Assembly (NCBI GenBank): GCA_965216315.1
Contig: CBDCFN010000015.1
Coordinates: forward strand, 256,001 to 320,000
Length of the DNA: 64,000 nt
Origin: a bacterium
GTDB lineage: Bacteria > UBA10199 > 2-02-FULL-50-16 > JAJFLM01
Direction: 5' to 3'
The position numbers were made by a program, and so were the translations under genes. The notes below the pieces were generated by a model. That model saw only the letters and a program-made list of their open reading frames with translations, did no database searches and was not told the DNA's origin. Positions 1 through 9,745 of the stretch are shown one piece after another; within the stretch, counting starts at the first letter, position 1; each line of letters starts with the position of its first letter.

Positions 1-1
1 A

Positions 2-1258
2 AGCTTTGATTCCTTGAGTTTCAAACCCGCCACGGATCAAGGGTATTACCTGACCGTGGAGCAATCGCAGACTTTAGGTCAGTGGGGTTACGCCGTCGGA
101 CTGATGACGGAATTCTCTAATGACTCGGTTATCGCCTCCACAGCGACGGGCGCGCGCATTCGTGACGTCATCGAATTTCAAGTCGCCAACCAATTGGGCG
201 GAGCCGTCGGATTATTCGATTGGTTGAACGCCGGACTCCTCGTCAGTTTTGTTCCCTATCACCAGTTTAACGCCGTCACGACCGGCATCTCCGATAACGG
301 TGGTAAGATGGGAGATATCCGACTCAACTTTAAAGGTCGGATCTTGAACAACGAAAAGTATCCCGTCGGCATCGCCCTCGTTCCCTTTGTGACCTTTCCG
401 ACCGGGAGTGACTCCCACTTTGTCGGTAACGGCAAGGTCACGGGTGGCGCCATGCTCGTCGTCGATAGTCCCCGTGTCTTTTCAGAGCGGTTTTCGGCCG
501 CGCTCAACATAGGAGCTCAAATCCGCTCCGGGGCCGCCTTGAGCTCCGGCACCTCCTTGGATGATCAATTCCTCATCGGGGCCGGTGTCAATTACGAGGT
601 CACCGAAGATGTCCAACTGATCGCCGAAGTCAACGGCTGGACCCCGCTGGAAAATTTCTGGAAAAATAACGTCCGCAACTTGGAAGGAAACGGAGCGGTC
701 CGCTATTTTCCGATCCCGGGCCTGGCCCTCACGGCCGGCGGCGGAACCGGCATACTCGATGCCATCGGCGCGCCTGATTGGCGGGTCTTTGTCGGTGTCG
801 GTTATCGCAAGCCACGCGAAGAGATTCGTGAGGAAGTCATCCGCACCAACAAGATTCATTTCGAGTTTGATAAAGCCCGCATCCTGCCCGTATCGTATCC
901 CATCCTGGACAGCATCGCGAACACGATCAAGAGTCGTCCGGAGATACTCCATGTCCGGATCGAAGGGCACACCGACAGTAAAGGCAGTGACGCGTATAAC
1001 CAACGGCTCTCCGAACGGCGGGCGCAATCAGTACGTGAATATATGAAGAAGCGCGGCATCCCGGCCGATAAAATGAGCTTCGTCGGTCGCGGTGAAAGCC
1101 AGCCGATCGCGCCGAACCAGATCAATGGTAAGGATAATCCGGAAGGCCGCGCCTTGAACCGCCGCGTTGAGTTCCACCTGCAACTATCACCACGGGCCCG
1201 AATCAAAGTTATTAAAGAGAAAGAGGCGCCGACCTTCATCGAAGGACAACAACGTTAA
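2..1258 (+). CDS. OmpA-family outer membrane protein (N-terminal beta-barrel + OmpA-like peptidoglycan-binding domain), TraB-like; 5' truncated by window edge
   Basis: Frame open from base 2; IHFEFDK...IEGHTDSKGSDAYNQRLSERRA...NRRVEF OmpA_C motifs; alternating beta-strand pattern upstream. Confidence 0.9.
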   Translation, partial: SFDSLSFKPATDQGYYLTVEQSQTLGQWGYAVGLMTEFSNDSVIASTATGARIRDVIEFQVANQLGGAVGLFDWLNAGLLVSFVPYHQFNAVTTGISDNGGKMGDIRLNFKGRILNNEKYPVGIALVPFVTFPTGSDSHFVGNGKVTGGAMLVVDSPRVFSERFSAALNIGAQIRSGAALSSGTSLDDQFLIGAGVNYEVTEDVQLIAEVNGWTPLENFWKNNVRNLEGNGAVRYFPIPGLALTAGGGTGILDAIGAPDWRVFVGVGYRKPREEIREEVIRTNKIHFEFDKARILPVSYPILDSIANTIKSRPEILHVRIEGHTDSKGSDAYNQRLSERRAQSVREYMKKRGIPADKMSFVGRGESQPIAPNQINGKDNPEGRALNRRVEFHLQLSPRARIKVIKEKEAPTFIEGQQR

Positions 1259-1264
1259 GGAGAC

Positions 1265-3061
1265 ATGATTATGTATTCACCCAAATGGCTCACCATTTTA
1301 ACAACGGCGGCCTTTCTTTCGGTTGCAAGTTTTACGGCACACGCAGCTAGTTTTACAGTCACTAAAACCGCCGATACGGCCGACGGCACCTGCGATGCGG
1401 ACTGCTCACTGCGCGAGGCCGTGATTGCGGCAAACGCGGCCGGCGGAACCAATGATATCACCCTGCCGGCCGGAACCTATGTGCTGGATCTCGTCGGTGC
1501 ATGCGAAAATTCAGCCGCAACCGGCGATTTGGATATCGTCAATGGCGGACTTGGCACTGATATCACAATCAATGGATCAACAACCGGGGGATCGATCATT
1601 GACGGCAACGGCACAGATCGCGTCTTTCACCTGCCACCCATTACCAGTGCTTCCTCATTGACACTCAACAACGTGACGGTCACCGGGGGCGACGCCCAAG
1701 ACTGCGGAACCGGTACAGATATCGGCGGCGGCATCCGCTTGGAGATGGGCAGTCTCGTCCTCGACAACTCGACCGTAACCGTCAATAACGCACCCGCTAG
1801 CGCCGGAGGCGGAGGCGGAGGTATTTCCGAGTCTTCGTTTGCGAGTTCCATCACGGTTATCGAAAGTACTATCAGCAACAACACGACCGGTGGAACCGGC
1901 GGCGGCATGGGCCTCAATTCGGCCTCGGTCACCATGGTCAACAGCACGGTCTCCGGCAATGATGCCAACGGTTCCGGGGGCGGGATTTCCCTCTTTGATA
2001 ATACGGTTCGACTGCGCAACGTGACCATCACCGATAACACCGCGGATGCGGACGGGGGCAATAACGGCGATGGCGGAGGTGTTGCAGTAGTCGGTACATC
2101 CGGGACACTCATACCTCGCAATACCATCATTGCCGGCAATAACGACGCTTCGACCGGCGCTGCCGCGGCACCGGTCATCAATCCCGACTGCTCGATCTTC
2201 GGTACCTTCACGAGTGAGGGATATAACATCATCGGTGACAATCGGGGTTGTATCTTTACTGCTTCGACCGGCGACCAAGTCGGTGACGTCGCAGGGGGAA
2301 GTTCGGCGATAAACGCACTTCTTGCGGGCCTGGCCAATAACGGCGGCATCACCCGAACCCATGCCCTCCAACCCGGCAGTCCGGCCATCGATATGGCTAA
2401 TAACGTCGAAGGCTGTACGTCCGATGATGCTCAAACGACGGTGCTGACGAACGATCAACGTCAGTTCGGCCGTCCCTTTGATGGCGATGCGGATGGCGAC
2501 ATCCGTTGCGACGTGGGCGCCTTTGAATTAGGTGGTTGCGGAGACGGCATCGTCGATGCGGGAGAAGAATGTGATAACGGTTCCGCCAACAGCGATACCG
2601 ACCCCGACGCCTGTCGCACGACCTGCGTCAACCCGAGTTGCGGCGACGGTGTTGTCGATGCCGGCGAGGGCTGTGATGACGGCAACAACGTGGATGGCGA
2701 CGGTTGCGAAGCCAATTGTGCCCTCATCTCGTGTGGCGATGGAACGGTTGATGCGGGTGAAGAATGCGATGACGGTACCGCCAACAGCGATACCACCGCC
2801 GACGCCTGCCGCACGACCTGCGTCAACCCGACCTGCGGAGACGGCGTAGCCGATGCCGGCGAGGAATGCGATGACGGCAACGCCACCGAGGGTGATGGCT
2901 GCTCCGCCAATTGCACGAATGACAACCTGATCTTCATTCTCGGCGATGGGGGTTGCAGTCTGAACGCCCGAGCGGGTCTTCCCGTGCGGAACGCTGCAGG
3001 GGTCATGCTCTTGCTCGGAACCCTTGGCATGCTCTTAGCCAGCAGGTCCCGAAAAACTTAA
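1265..3061 (+). CDS. Secreted/surface protein: CSLREA domain, beta-helix/choice-of-anchor-Q-like region, myxobacterial-type Cys-rich repeats, MYXO-CTERM-like tail
   Basis: Signal peptide ending [21 protein letters not shown]...DQR...CDVGAFE; CGDG..D.GEECDDG repeats; GGCS-TM-RSRK tail; start may be 1271 given AAGGAG spacing. Confidence 0.85.
   Translation: MIMYSPKWLTILTTAAFLSVASFTAHAASFTVTKTADTADGTCDADCSLREAVIAANAAGGTNDITLPAGTYVLDLVGACENSAATGDLDIVNGGLGTDITINGSTTGGSIIDGNGTDRVFHLPPITSASSLTLNNVTVTGGDAQDCGTGTDIGGGIRLEMGSLVLDNSTVTVNNAPASAGGGGGGISESSFASSITVIESTISNNTTGGTGGGMGLNSASVTMVNSTVSGNDANGSGGGISLFDNTVRLRNVTITDNTADADGGNNGDGGGVAVVGTSGTLIPRNTIIAGNNDASTGAAAAPVINPDCSIFGTFTSEGYNIIGDNRGCIFTASTGDQVGDVAGGSSAINALLAGLANNGGITRTHALQPGSPAIDMANNVEGCTSDDAQTTVLTNDQRQFGRPFDGDADGDIRCDVGAFELGGCGDGIVDAGEECDNGSANSDTDPDACRTTCVNPSCGDGVVDAGEGCDDGNNVDGDGCEANCALISCGDGTVDAGEECDDGTANSDTTADACRTTCVNPTCGDGVADAGEECDDGNATEGDGCSANCTNDNLIFILGDGGCSLNARAGLPVRNAAGVMLLLGTLGMLLASRSRKT
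2537..2914 (+). repeat. Intragenic tandem duplication, 195-nt period (two pairs of Cys-rich repeats)
   Basis: CGDG units start at 2537 and 2732; near-identical stretches such as gccaacagcgatacc and cgcacgacctgcgtcaacccga. Confidence 0.85.
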
Positions 3062-3083
3062 TGATTTAGAGTTCTTATAGGCA

Positions 3084-3111
3084 GCAACTCAATCCGCCAT
3101 GCACGCCGATA
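3084..3111 (+). promoter_or_regulatory. Candidate alternative-sigma promoter GCAAC-N17-CCGATA
   Basis: GCAAC 3084-3088, CCGATA 3106-3111, ahead of GAGGTGG RBS and ATG 3135. Confidence 0.5.
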
Positions 3112-3134
3112 ACATAAGACGAGGTGGTGCGTGG

Positions 3135-4583
3135 ATGGTGTGCTCTGAACGTAAATTAGAACTGGGGACCTGTTTCGATTCCAGGCGGGAACTCTCCGCC
3201 GACGAGATCGAAGTCAAGGGTCTGGAGGCGTTGGATTATCAACCCTCGGTGGTTCACGACTTCGATCATGATGGCTTGGCCGACTCCGTTTCATTCACGC
3301 AGGCGACCTTAATATATGGCCAATTAGACTATGCCAACGGCCGCGAACAATACAATCTCTCCCCCTTAGAGCCCTTCACGCTGGATGTATTTCTCCGCAG
3401 TGACGCCAGCACGGCAGGCTCACGTTTCGCGCTGCGACCGGCCACCATCGCCGTCCACGATGTCACCGGTGATGGCCAAGCGGACCTCATCGTCAGAGAA
3501 GAAGAGAGAACGGGCAACTTTCGCTATTTCATCTATGAGAATCAGAACCCGTTCAAGGCGCTACCTGCTTACGAGGGACCGACACTTCATGCGCTGCGCG
3601 CCACGGATGACAAGGGTGAGCGCGCCAGCGAGCTCTTAACAAATCGCCAATTCGAACCGAATATCGAACAAGACGCTGTTATTGACCTGTTGGGATTTCA
3701 TCCCGGCACCCTCGGCCTCATCCACTACTATCAATTCAATGACGGTCCGTTCTTAGGCGTCCACGCAGGAGATCCGATCGTTCTCCATCGCTCCTTTCGC
3801 TACCGGTATCCCCTCAGCGTAGAAGATAATTTTACGGTTCGCCTGTTCAATGAAGAAGGGGATGTCGTCCAGAGCTTTACCGTCGAACAAGACATCGAAG
3901 ACCATGTCGAATGGTATCGATTAGAGAGCGGCCCCGCCTTTGCTATCTATCACGTTCCTGGCCGCGAGCCACAGCTCCGTTTCGATGACAACACGGCAGC
4001 AATGGTTGCCCCGGTCTTAGATCAACTCGATGGATTAACAGCGCTGTGGGGTTCGGTAATGGTTGATGGAACCGTGCAAAAAGTGGTGTTCATTGATGAT
4101 GAACACTCGAGCCTGCATGGCACCGGAGATCAACTCGAATATAATACCGTTTTTATCGTCCCAATCCCCGATGATCACGAAACGAATGCCTTGGTTGTCC
4201 TCCATGAGGCCGCCCACAATGTGGAACTCACTTGGTTAAGAGATCGTAATGGCGGTGTCCTGCAGGAAGTCTGGCAGGAACTCATTGACAGCGACTCCAT
4301 GGCCTTTCAATTGCTTAACGAAAGGTATTTCTTGCGACTGGGAAAGGGAGGGCATTCCCAAGACAGTGCCTATGAGCTTTTCGCCACCTTGACCGTCGAC
4401 CTCCTACAAGGCCCTGAGGCCCTAGAATCAGCCCTTAGCCGGTGGGATGCCTCTCACTCGCCCCGACAACAGAGACTCCTACGCCGTGATTTAAGGAAAC
4501 TCTTCGATGCTTATCAGGGGGTACTCAACGAACAGGCCCCACATTCGAAAGATTTTCTCCGACCTTACTACAGGGTCCTCTAG
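3135..4583 (+). CDS. Hypothetical protein with FG-GAP-like loops and C-terminal HExxH zincin-like motif
   Basis: HDFDHDGLAD, HDVTGDGQADL; LHEAAHNVE plus downstream YELFA; start 3135 follows GAGGTGG (ORF track starts 3099). Confidence 0.6.
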   Translation: MVCSERKLELGTCFDSRRELSADEIEVKGLEALDYQPSVVHDFDHDGLADSVSFTQATLIYGQLDYANGREQYNLSPLEPFTLDVFLRSDASTAGSRFALRPATIAVHDVTGDGQADLIVREEERTGNFRYFIYENQNPFKALPAYEGPTLHALRATDDKGERASELLTNRQFEPNIEQDAVIDLLGFHPGTLGLIHYYQFNDGPFLGVHAGDPIVLHRSFRYRYPLSVEDNFTVRLFNEEGDVVQSFTVEQDIEDHVEWYRLESGPAFAIYHVPGREPQLRFDDNTAAMVAPVLDQLDGLTALWGSVMVDGTVQKVVFIDDEHSSLHGTGDQLEYNTVFIVPIPDDHETNALVVLHEAAHNVELTWLRDRNGGVLQEVWQELIDSDSMAFQLLNERYFLRLGKGGHSQDSAYELFATLTVDLLQGPEALESALSRWDASHSPRQQRLLRRDLRKLFDAYQGVLNEQAPHSKDFLRPYYRVL

Positions 4584-5368
4584 TTCAAAAAGACCGATAG
4601 ACGCGCAAATTGCTCAAGACTCAAATTCTCCGCACGGGATTTTGGATCAATTCCAATCTCATCACAGATCTGCTGCCACTTCGCGTCATCTTTTAAGCCT
4701 AAACAATTGCGCAACATCTTGCGCCGGGTCGCAAAGGCCTGTCTCACAACGCGCTTGAAGGCCGCTTCTTCGTCTATCTCGACACGGGGTCCAGTCGTCA
4801 GTTTCATTCGGACCACGGCGGAATCGACTTTGGGTGGCGGCGTGAAGGCCTGAGGGCCCACCTTCATGACGATGGCGGAATCACTGTAGAGCTGCGTCAG
4901 GACGGAGAGCACCCCGTAGTCCTTGCCACCCGGCGTCGCCACCAAGCGTTCGGCGACTTCTTTCTGGACCATCAAGGTTAAGGTCGAAAAGAGTTCGCGG
5001 TATTCGATGAGTCGAAAGATAATTTCCGTGCTGACGGAATAGGGAAGATTGGCGACGACTTTAATCTTCCCCTCCCTCGACGGGAGGGAAGTTTTCAAGT
5101 CAACATTCAAAAAATCATCTGCTACGATCTCAACACATTCATTACCCGTATACTTTTCAGCTAAATGCGCCGCCAATTCCTTATCTTTTTCGACTGCGAT
5201 AACGCGTGCCCCAATTTTTAGGAGCGAATCCGTGAGAATACCGCGGCCTGGCCCGATCTCAAGAACCGGATCATTGGCCGCCACCCCGGCCAGCTTGACG
5301 ATCTTGTCAGTAATACTCGGATTGGTTAGAAAGTGCTGTCCGTAGGCACGACGCCGCTGCGAGGTCAT
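4580..5368 (-). CDS. rsmA: 16S rRNA m6,2A1518/1519 dimethyltransferase
   Basis: GQHFL, VLEIGPGRG, VVANLPY, FTPPPKVDS. Confidence 0.97.
   Translation of the reverse strand: MTSQRRRAYGQHFLTNPSITDKIVKLAGVAANDPVLEIGPGRGILTDSLLKIGARVIAVEKDKELAAHLAEKYTGNECVEIVADDFLNVDLKTSLPSREGKIKVVANLPYSVSTEIIFRLIEYRELFSTLTLMVQKEVAERLVATPGGKDYGVLSVLTQLYSDSAIVMKVGPQAFTPPPKVDSAVVRMKLTTGPRVEIDEEAAFKRVVRQAFATRRKMLRNCLGLKDDAKWQQICDEIGIDPKSRAENLSLEQFARLSVFLN
5066..5091. repeat. Short CCTCCC-loop-GGGAGG palindrome embedded in rsmA
   Basis: cttcccctccctcgacgggagggaag; same stem type as larger repeats in the window. Confidence 0.5.
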
Positions 5369-6465
5369 CCCGGCGGTGGCCCTTTCAACATCTCTGTCGG
5401 ATTAGCATTGAGATCCCACGGCGAGGTTTCACCGTGCGCCAGGCGCTTGGCACCGACATAGGCTATCATCGCGGCATTGTCCGTGCAATACTTGGGCGAT
5501 GACATGACGCACTCAATGCCCTCAGTTTCGCAGGCCGCGCTTAGCTTTGAACGCAGCCGGCTGTTGCAGGCGACCCCGCCAGTGAGGAGCACGGTTTTGT
5601 CCCCGTATTCGCGCGCAGCTTTTAAGGTCTTTTCGATCAGCGAGTCGACAACCGCTTCTTGAAACGACGCGCAGATGTTAGCAATGGCTGCTTCCCCTCC
5701 TTGACTAGGAGGGGATTGAGGGGAGGTCAGTAAAGACCCCTCCCTAACCCTCCCCTTACTAAGGGGAGGGAAACCAGTTTTTTCAATATAATACCGCACC
5801 GCCGTCTTCACCCCACTAAAACTGAAATCCAAGGGATGCCCGCGCACCTGACTCCGTGGGAAGTCATGCGCCCCGGGGTCTCCCTCTTTGGCCAGCCGGT
5901 CTACGATCGGCCCGCCCGGATAGCCCAAGTCCAGCATCTTGGCGACCTTGTCAAAGGCCTCGCCCGCTGCATCATCCCGGGTCGCACCGATCAACTCGTA
6001 TTCGGCAAAGGCCTGACAGCGATAAAGGACCGTGTGCCCTCCCGAAACCAACAGGGCCAGATGCGGATAGGAAATGTCCGGATGTTCTAAGAAAGGGGCA
6101 TTGAGATGTCCTTCTAAATGACTGACGCCAATGAAGGGTTTCTTGAGACCCCATGCGAATGACTTGGCAAAACAGAGCCCGACTAACAGCGAACCCAAGA
6201 GACCGGGTCGCGTCGTTGCGACGACTCCGTCAAGTTGGTGCGCCTCCAGTCCTGATTCTTTGAGCGTTGCCTTGACCATCGGCGCGAGCACCTGGAGGTG
6301 TTGCCGTGAGGCCAGTTCCGGAACAATCCCCCCATGGGGTCGGTGAATCTCGTGCTGGCTCGCGACATCGTTCGCCAATACCTCGACATGATTATTTGAA
6401 CTGACTTGGAGAACGCAGGCCGCAGTCTCGTCACAGGATGATTCAATGCCAAGGACCGTTATCAT
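5365..6465 (-). CDS. tsaD: tRNA t6A37 threonylcarbamoyltransferase subunit, with ~27-aa repeat-derived insertion
   Basis: LGIESSCDET, GGIVPELASR, HLEGH, DDAAGEAFDK, CTDNAAMIA. Confidence 0.97.
   Translation of the reverse strand: MITVLGIESSCDETAACVLQVSSNNHVEVLANDVASQHEIHRPHGGIVPELASRQHLQVLAPMVKATLKESGLEAHQLDGVVATTRPGLLGSLLVGLCFAKSFAWGLKKPFIGVSHLEGHLNAPFLEHPDISYPHLALLVSGGHTVLYRCQAFAEYELIGATRDDAAGEAFDKVAKMLDLGYPGGPIVDRLAKEGDPGAHDFPRSQVRGHPLDFSFSGVKTAVRYYIEKTGFPPLSKGRVREGSLLTSPQSPPSQGGEAAIANICASFQEAVVDSLIEKTLKAAREYGDKTVLLTGGVACNSRLRSKLSAACETEGIECVMSSPKYCTDNAAMIAYVGAKRLAHGETSPWDLNANPTEMLKGPPPG
5691..5773. repeat. ~82-bp multi-hairpin palindromic element (family A), in-frame within tsaD
   Basis: Closely matches copies at 60857, 62525 and 63615. 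Confidence 0.9.
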
Positions 6466-6467
6466 CG

Positions 6468-7247
6468 CTACTGCCCTTTAAAATCAGGGGCGCGCTTGGC
6501 TAAAAAAGCCGCCATGCCCTCGCGAAAATCCGCACTGTCCGATGATTCACTGATCGCGTCACGTTCGCGATCGAGTTGCGCCCCCAGATCGGAATCATCG
6601 CCATAAAGCAATCCCTTGAACCGGCCCTGCGCAAGCGGCGCCATCTTGCGCAGCCGTTCACACCATCCCTGGGCCTCAGCCTCCAACGCCTGAGACGTTG
6701 TCACTCCATCGATAAGACCCCACTCAAATGCGATATGCGCGTCGATCTTTTGGGCCGTTAAGATCATGCGTTCCGCGCGACCCCGACCAATTAATCGCGG
6801 CAAAAAATAAGTCAGCCCGCCATTCGGCGCCAAACCCAAAGTGGTCGTCCCGGCGTGAAAAGTCGCATTATCACTGGCGATACGCAAATCGCACGCCGTA
6901 ACCAGTCCAAAGGCGACCCCGCTGACCGGACCCGGCAAGACCGCGAGCACCGGTTGAGGCATCTCCCTGATCTTGAGGACCACATGATGGACAAGATCTG
7001 AAATTTCGCGAAAAAAGGCGGGATGATCCGTCAGTTCGGCCATTGCCTTGATATCACCGCCGGCTGAAAAAACGGAACCTTCACCGGTCAAGATCACCAT
7101 GCGAACTGAAGTATCGGCGCTGGCCTGATCAAATTCAGCTACAAGCTGCCGTCCCATCTCGAGGTCCATCGCATTGCAGCGTTTGGGGCGATTGAGCGAC
7201 AGTCTCAGCACGTCACCCGCTCGGCTGACGAGAATCGAATCACTCAC
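6468..7247 (-). CDS. Enoyl-CoA hydratase/isomerase family protein
   Basis: LNRPKRCNA, FSAGGDI, DFREGMAAFLAKRAPDFKG. Confidence 0.92.
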   Translation of the reverse strand: MSDSILVSRAGDVLRLSLNRPKRCNAMDLEMGRQLVAEFDQASADTSVRMVILTGEGSVFSAGGDIKAMAELTDHPAFFREISDLVHHVVLKIREMPQPVLAVLPGPVSGVAFGLVTACDLRIASDNATFHAGTTTLGLAPNGGLTYFLPRLIGRGRAERMILTAQKIDAHIAFEWGLIDGVTTSQALEAEAQGWCERLRKMAPLAQGRFKGLLYGDDSDLGAQLDRERDAISESSDSADFREGMAAFLAKRAPDFKGQ

Positions 7248-7780
7248 GCCGGTGTCCTTGCGCCTTTACGAGCCCCACTGACTTGAACAATGTGTTTCTT
7301 ATGGCCCTCTTCAACCGCAATGGGCGGTTCCTTAGCCAGAATCAGCTCACGCGTAAAAAAATTGACCGGCAAAGAATCCTTGTCGTGCCAATGGAACCAA
7401 ACTAAGATGACGTTGACTCCTGATACGACAATCATAATCACATTCGCCAATATCGTTGGAACCCAAGTAAACCCAAGCAAATACAAAATCGCAGTGAGAC
7501 AAAGCACATAACTCATCGGGACCAGGGCTTTGAGAAAATGGATAACAATGCCCAACTCGGGTTGATCCGGATCCCCACTCTTAACCCCCGGATACCACGG
7601 AAATAAAAAGCAAAAACGGATCCAGCCATAATGGACGAGAATAAAGGCAAATAGAATGTCAGGTAGGCCCTGCATCCCCAGTTGTGACCATCGATAGATG
7701 ATAAGCGCTGAGAGGATAACACCTGCCAGTTCGACAAGACGCACAAAACGGCTGTAGCGACCAAAGAGGATCTTTAACAT
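7244..7780 (-). CDS. Hypothetical membrane protein
   Basis: About four hydrophobic segments; stop overlaps start of next gene; start uncertain (7780-7828). Confidence 0.65.
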   Translation of the reverse strand: MLKILFGRYSRFVRLVELAGVILSALIIYRWSQLGMQGLPDILFAFILVHYGWIRFCFLFPWYPGVKSGDPDQPELGIVIHFLKALVPMSYVLCLTAILYLLGFTWVPTILANVIMIVVSGVNVILVWFHWHDKDSLPVNFFTRELILAKEPPIAVEEGHKKHIVQVSGARKGARTPA

Positions 7781-8096
7781 GCTACTAGGCTGGCACCTAG
7801 ACATCGTATTTCGTGTCGGACTAGGCACAAGTGTTTGTAATCAATGATGTTCATTGAACAAACACTAGACCGCCCCGCGAATGCCGTCAAGAGGGCAAAT
7901 AGGCCAATATTAGCGCGGTTTTTCGTGTTCCCGCCCATTCAATTCCGTTTTTTTTATTTCGCATCGTGACAGCATTCCGACCTCGAAAAAAATACAATTT
8001 GTAAGTCCTAAAAAACTCTAAAAAAATTTGCTGTGGATACTTTTTTTAAATTATCGCTTGCCTAGAATAAGGGCAGGGTGTACTTCGCGTGACCTT

Positions 8097-8381
8097 ATGA
8101 AGGAAGTCGTTGCAATTGATCAACAGTCCCTCGAAGATGTCGTCCGCAACAAACTTTCCAACTTCTTGGATAAAGCCGAAGATTGTGATATCGAAGATCT
8201 CTACCCGGTTGTGCTCGCACAGGTTGAAAAGCCCCTCATTGAGCTCACATTGAAGCGTAGTGCAGGAAATCAACTGCAGGCAGCTCGGATGCTGGGAATT
8301 AACCGCAACACCCTCCGCAAGAAGATTCAGGAACTTAAAATAGACCATCCCAGACGACTCCGTAGACTTCGGAGCCAATGA
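8097..8381 (+). CDS. fis: Fis-family small HTH DNA-binding protein
   Basis: DLYPVVLAQVEKPLI...GNQLQAARMLGINRNTLRKKI. Confidence 0.8.
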   Translation: MKEVVAIDQQSLEDVVRNKLSNFLDKAEDCDIEDLYPVVLAQVEKPLIELTLKRSAGNQLQAARMLGINRNTLRKKIQELKIDHPRRLRRLRSQ

Positions 8382-9112
8382 GTCCTTTCTACAGTCAGTT
8401 ATTCGCCTATTCCGGTGTCATTGCCATCGCCGTCGGCATCGGAGGCGTCCTCCCCCTCACGATCCCGTTCATGCGTCGGCATCTGCCGGCCCTGCTGAGT
8501 TTCTCGGCAGGAGTGATGCTGGGGGCTGCTGCGCTCCATTTACTTCCTGAAGCCTTTGAATTCATCCCCAAGAGCGCAGGGCTCTGGATACTATTAGGAT
8601 TTCTGTTTCTCTTTCTCTTTGAAAAATTCGTCACCGTGCACATCTGCGAAGCCATGGACTGCGCCGTCCATCACATTGGCATCAGCGCCTTTGTCGGACT
8701 CTCTTTGCATGCTCTGACCGAAGGCATCGCCTTAGGTACCGGCCTCCTCACGGCCGATATGGGCTGGATCGTCTTTTTATCCATTTGCCTCCATAAGCTT
8801 CCGGCCGCTTTAGCCCTGACCGCGGTCCTTATTCACGAGAACTATCGGCAGCGGACGATAGCGCTGTTGCAAACTCTGTTCTTTATTATGGTTCCTGTTG
8901 GCGCCATGGCGATTCAACTCGTTTCTCAGGGCGCAGGCAAATATTTTCTCGGCGCCGCCATAGGTTTTTCAGCGGGAACGTTTCTTCATATTTCTCTCTC
9001 TGACCTGCTCCCGGAGGTCCACCGTAGCGGTTACCATAAGGTGCTCGCGCTCGTGACCTTCTTGATTGGACTCCTCATTATGGTATTTGTTCGCTATGGC
9101 TCAGGACATTAA
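8378..9112 (+). CDS. ZIP-family divalent metal transporter
   Basis: FSAGVMLG..LHLLPEA, LHALTEGIALG, LHKLP, DLLPEVH. Confidence 0.92.
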   Translation: MSPFYSQLFAYSGVIAIAVGIGGVLPLTIPFMRRHLPALLSFSAGVMLGAAALHLLPEAFEFIPKSAGLWILLGFLFLFLFEKFVTVHICEAMDCAVHHIGISAFVGLSLHALTEGIALGTGLLTADMGWIVFLSICLHKLPAALALTAVLIHENYRQRTIALLQTLFFIMVPVGAMAIQLVSQGAGKYFLGAAIGFSAGTFLHISLSDLLPEVHRSGYHKVLALVTFLIGLLIMVFVRYGSGH

Positions 9113-9731
9113 AGGTCTGTATGCACTTTGCGACAATACGCTCTGTCCCCAGCGCCCGCTCTCCTGGCTTGCAGAACAACTGTTGCTGGGTGGGGCTCCG
9201 ACGGTGCAGCTCAGGGTCAAAGGACAAGACCCCCTAACGACCCGCCGACGCCAGGAAGCCGCACAAACGATTCAGAAACTCAAACAACGGTTTCGTTTCA
9301 ACTTTATCATCAACGACGACCCCGTCCTCGCTCAAACGCTCGGCGCCGATGGGGTCCATGTCGGCTCCGATGACCTTCCGATCGCGCATTGTCGGCGCCT
9401 CTTAGGGCCGGCAAAACTCATCGGTTATTCGGCCCATAGTCTGACCGAGGCCTACGCGGCGGAACAGGCAGGCGCCGATTACGTCGCGCTCGGGGCTATC
9501 TATCCGACACGCAACAAAGGGCCGGATCACCCGATTCAAGGACTGGATAAGCTTAAAGAACTCGTGCGCACGGTCTCCATTCCCGTTGTCGCGATCGGCG
9601 GTATTAATCTGAGTAATATTCGCGAGGTCGCGGACACCGGTGTGAATGCCGTTGCGATGATCTCCGCACTGACCTGCGCCCCGAACGTCATCAGCGCGAC
9701 ACGCGAAATGATCCGACACTTGCAAGCTTAG
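9096..9731 (+). CDS. thiE: Thiamine-phosphate synthase
   Basis: VQLRVK, FIINDD, GADGVHVG, IGYSAH, VVAIGGI. Confidence 0.95.
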   Translation: MAQDIKGLYALCDNTLCPQRPLSWLAEQLLLGGAPTVQLRVKGQDPLTTRRRQEAAQTIQKLKQRFRFNFIINDDPVLAQTLGADGVHVGSDDLPIAHCRRLLGPAKLIGYSAHSLTEAYAAEQAGADYVALGAIYPTRNKGPDHPIQGLDKLKELVRTVSIPVVAIGGINLSNIREVADTGVNAVAMISALTCAPNVISATREMIRHLQA

Positions 9732-9745
9732 TCGATTCGATCTAT

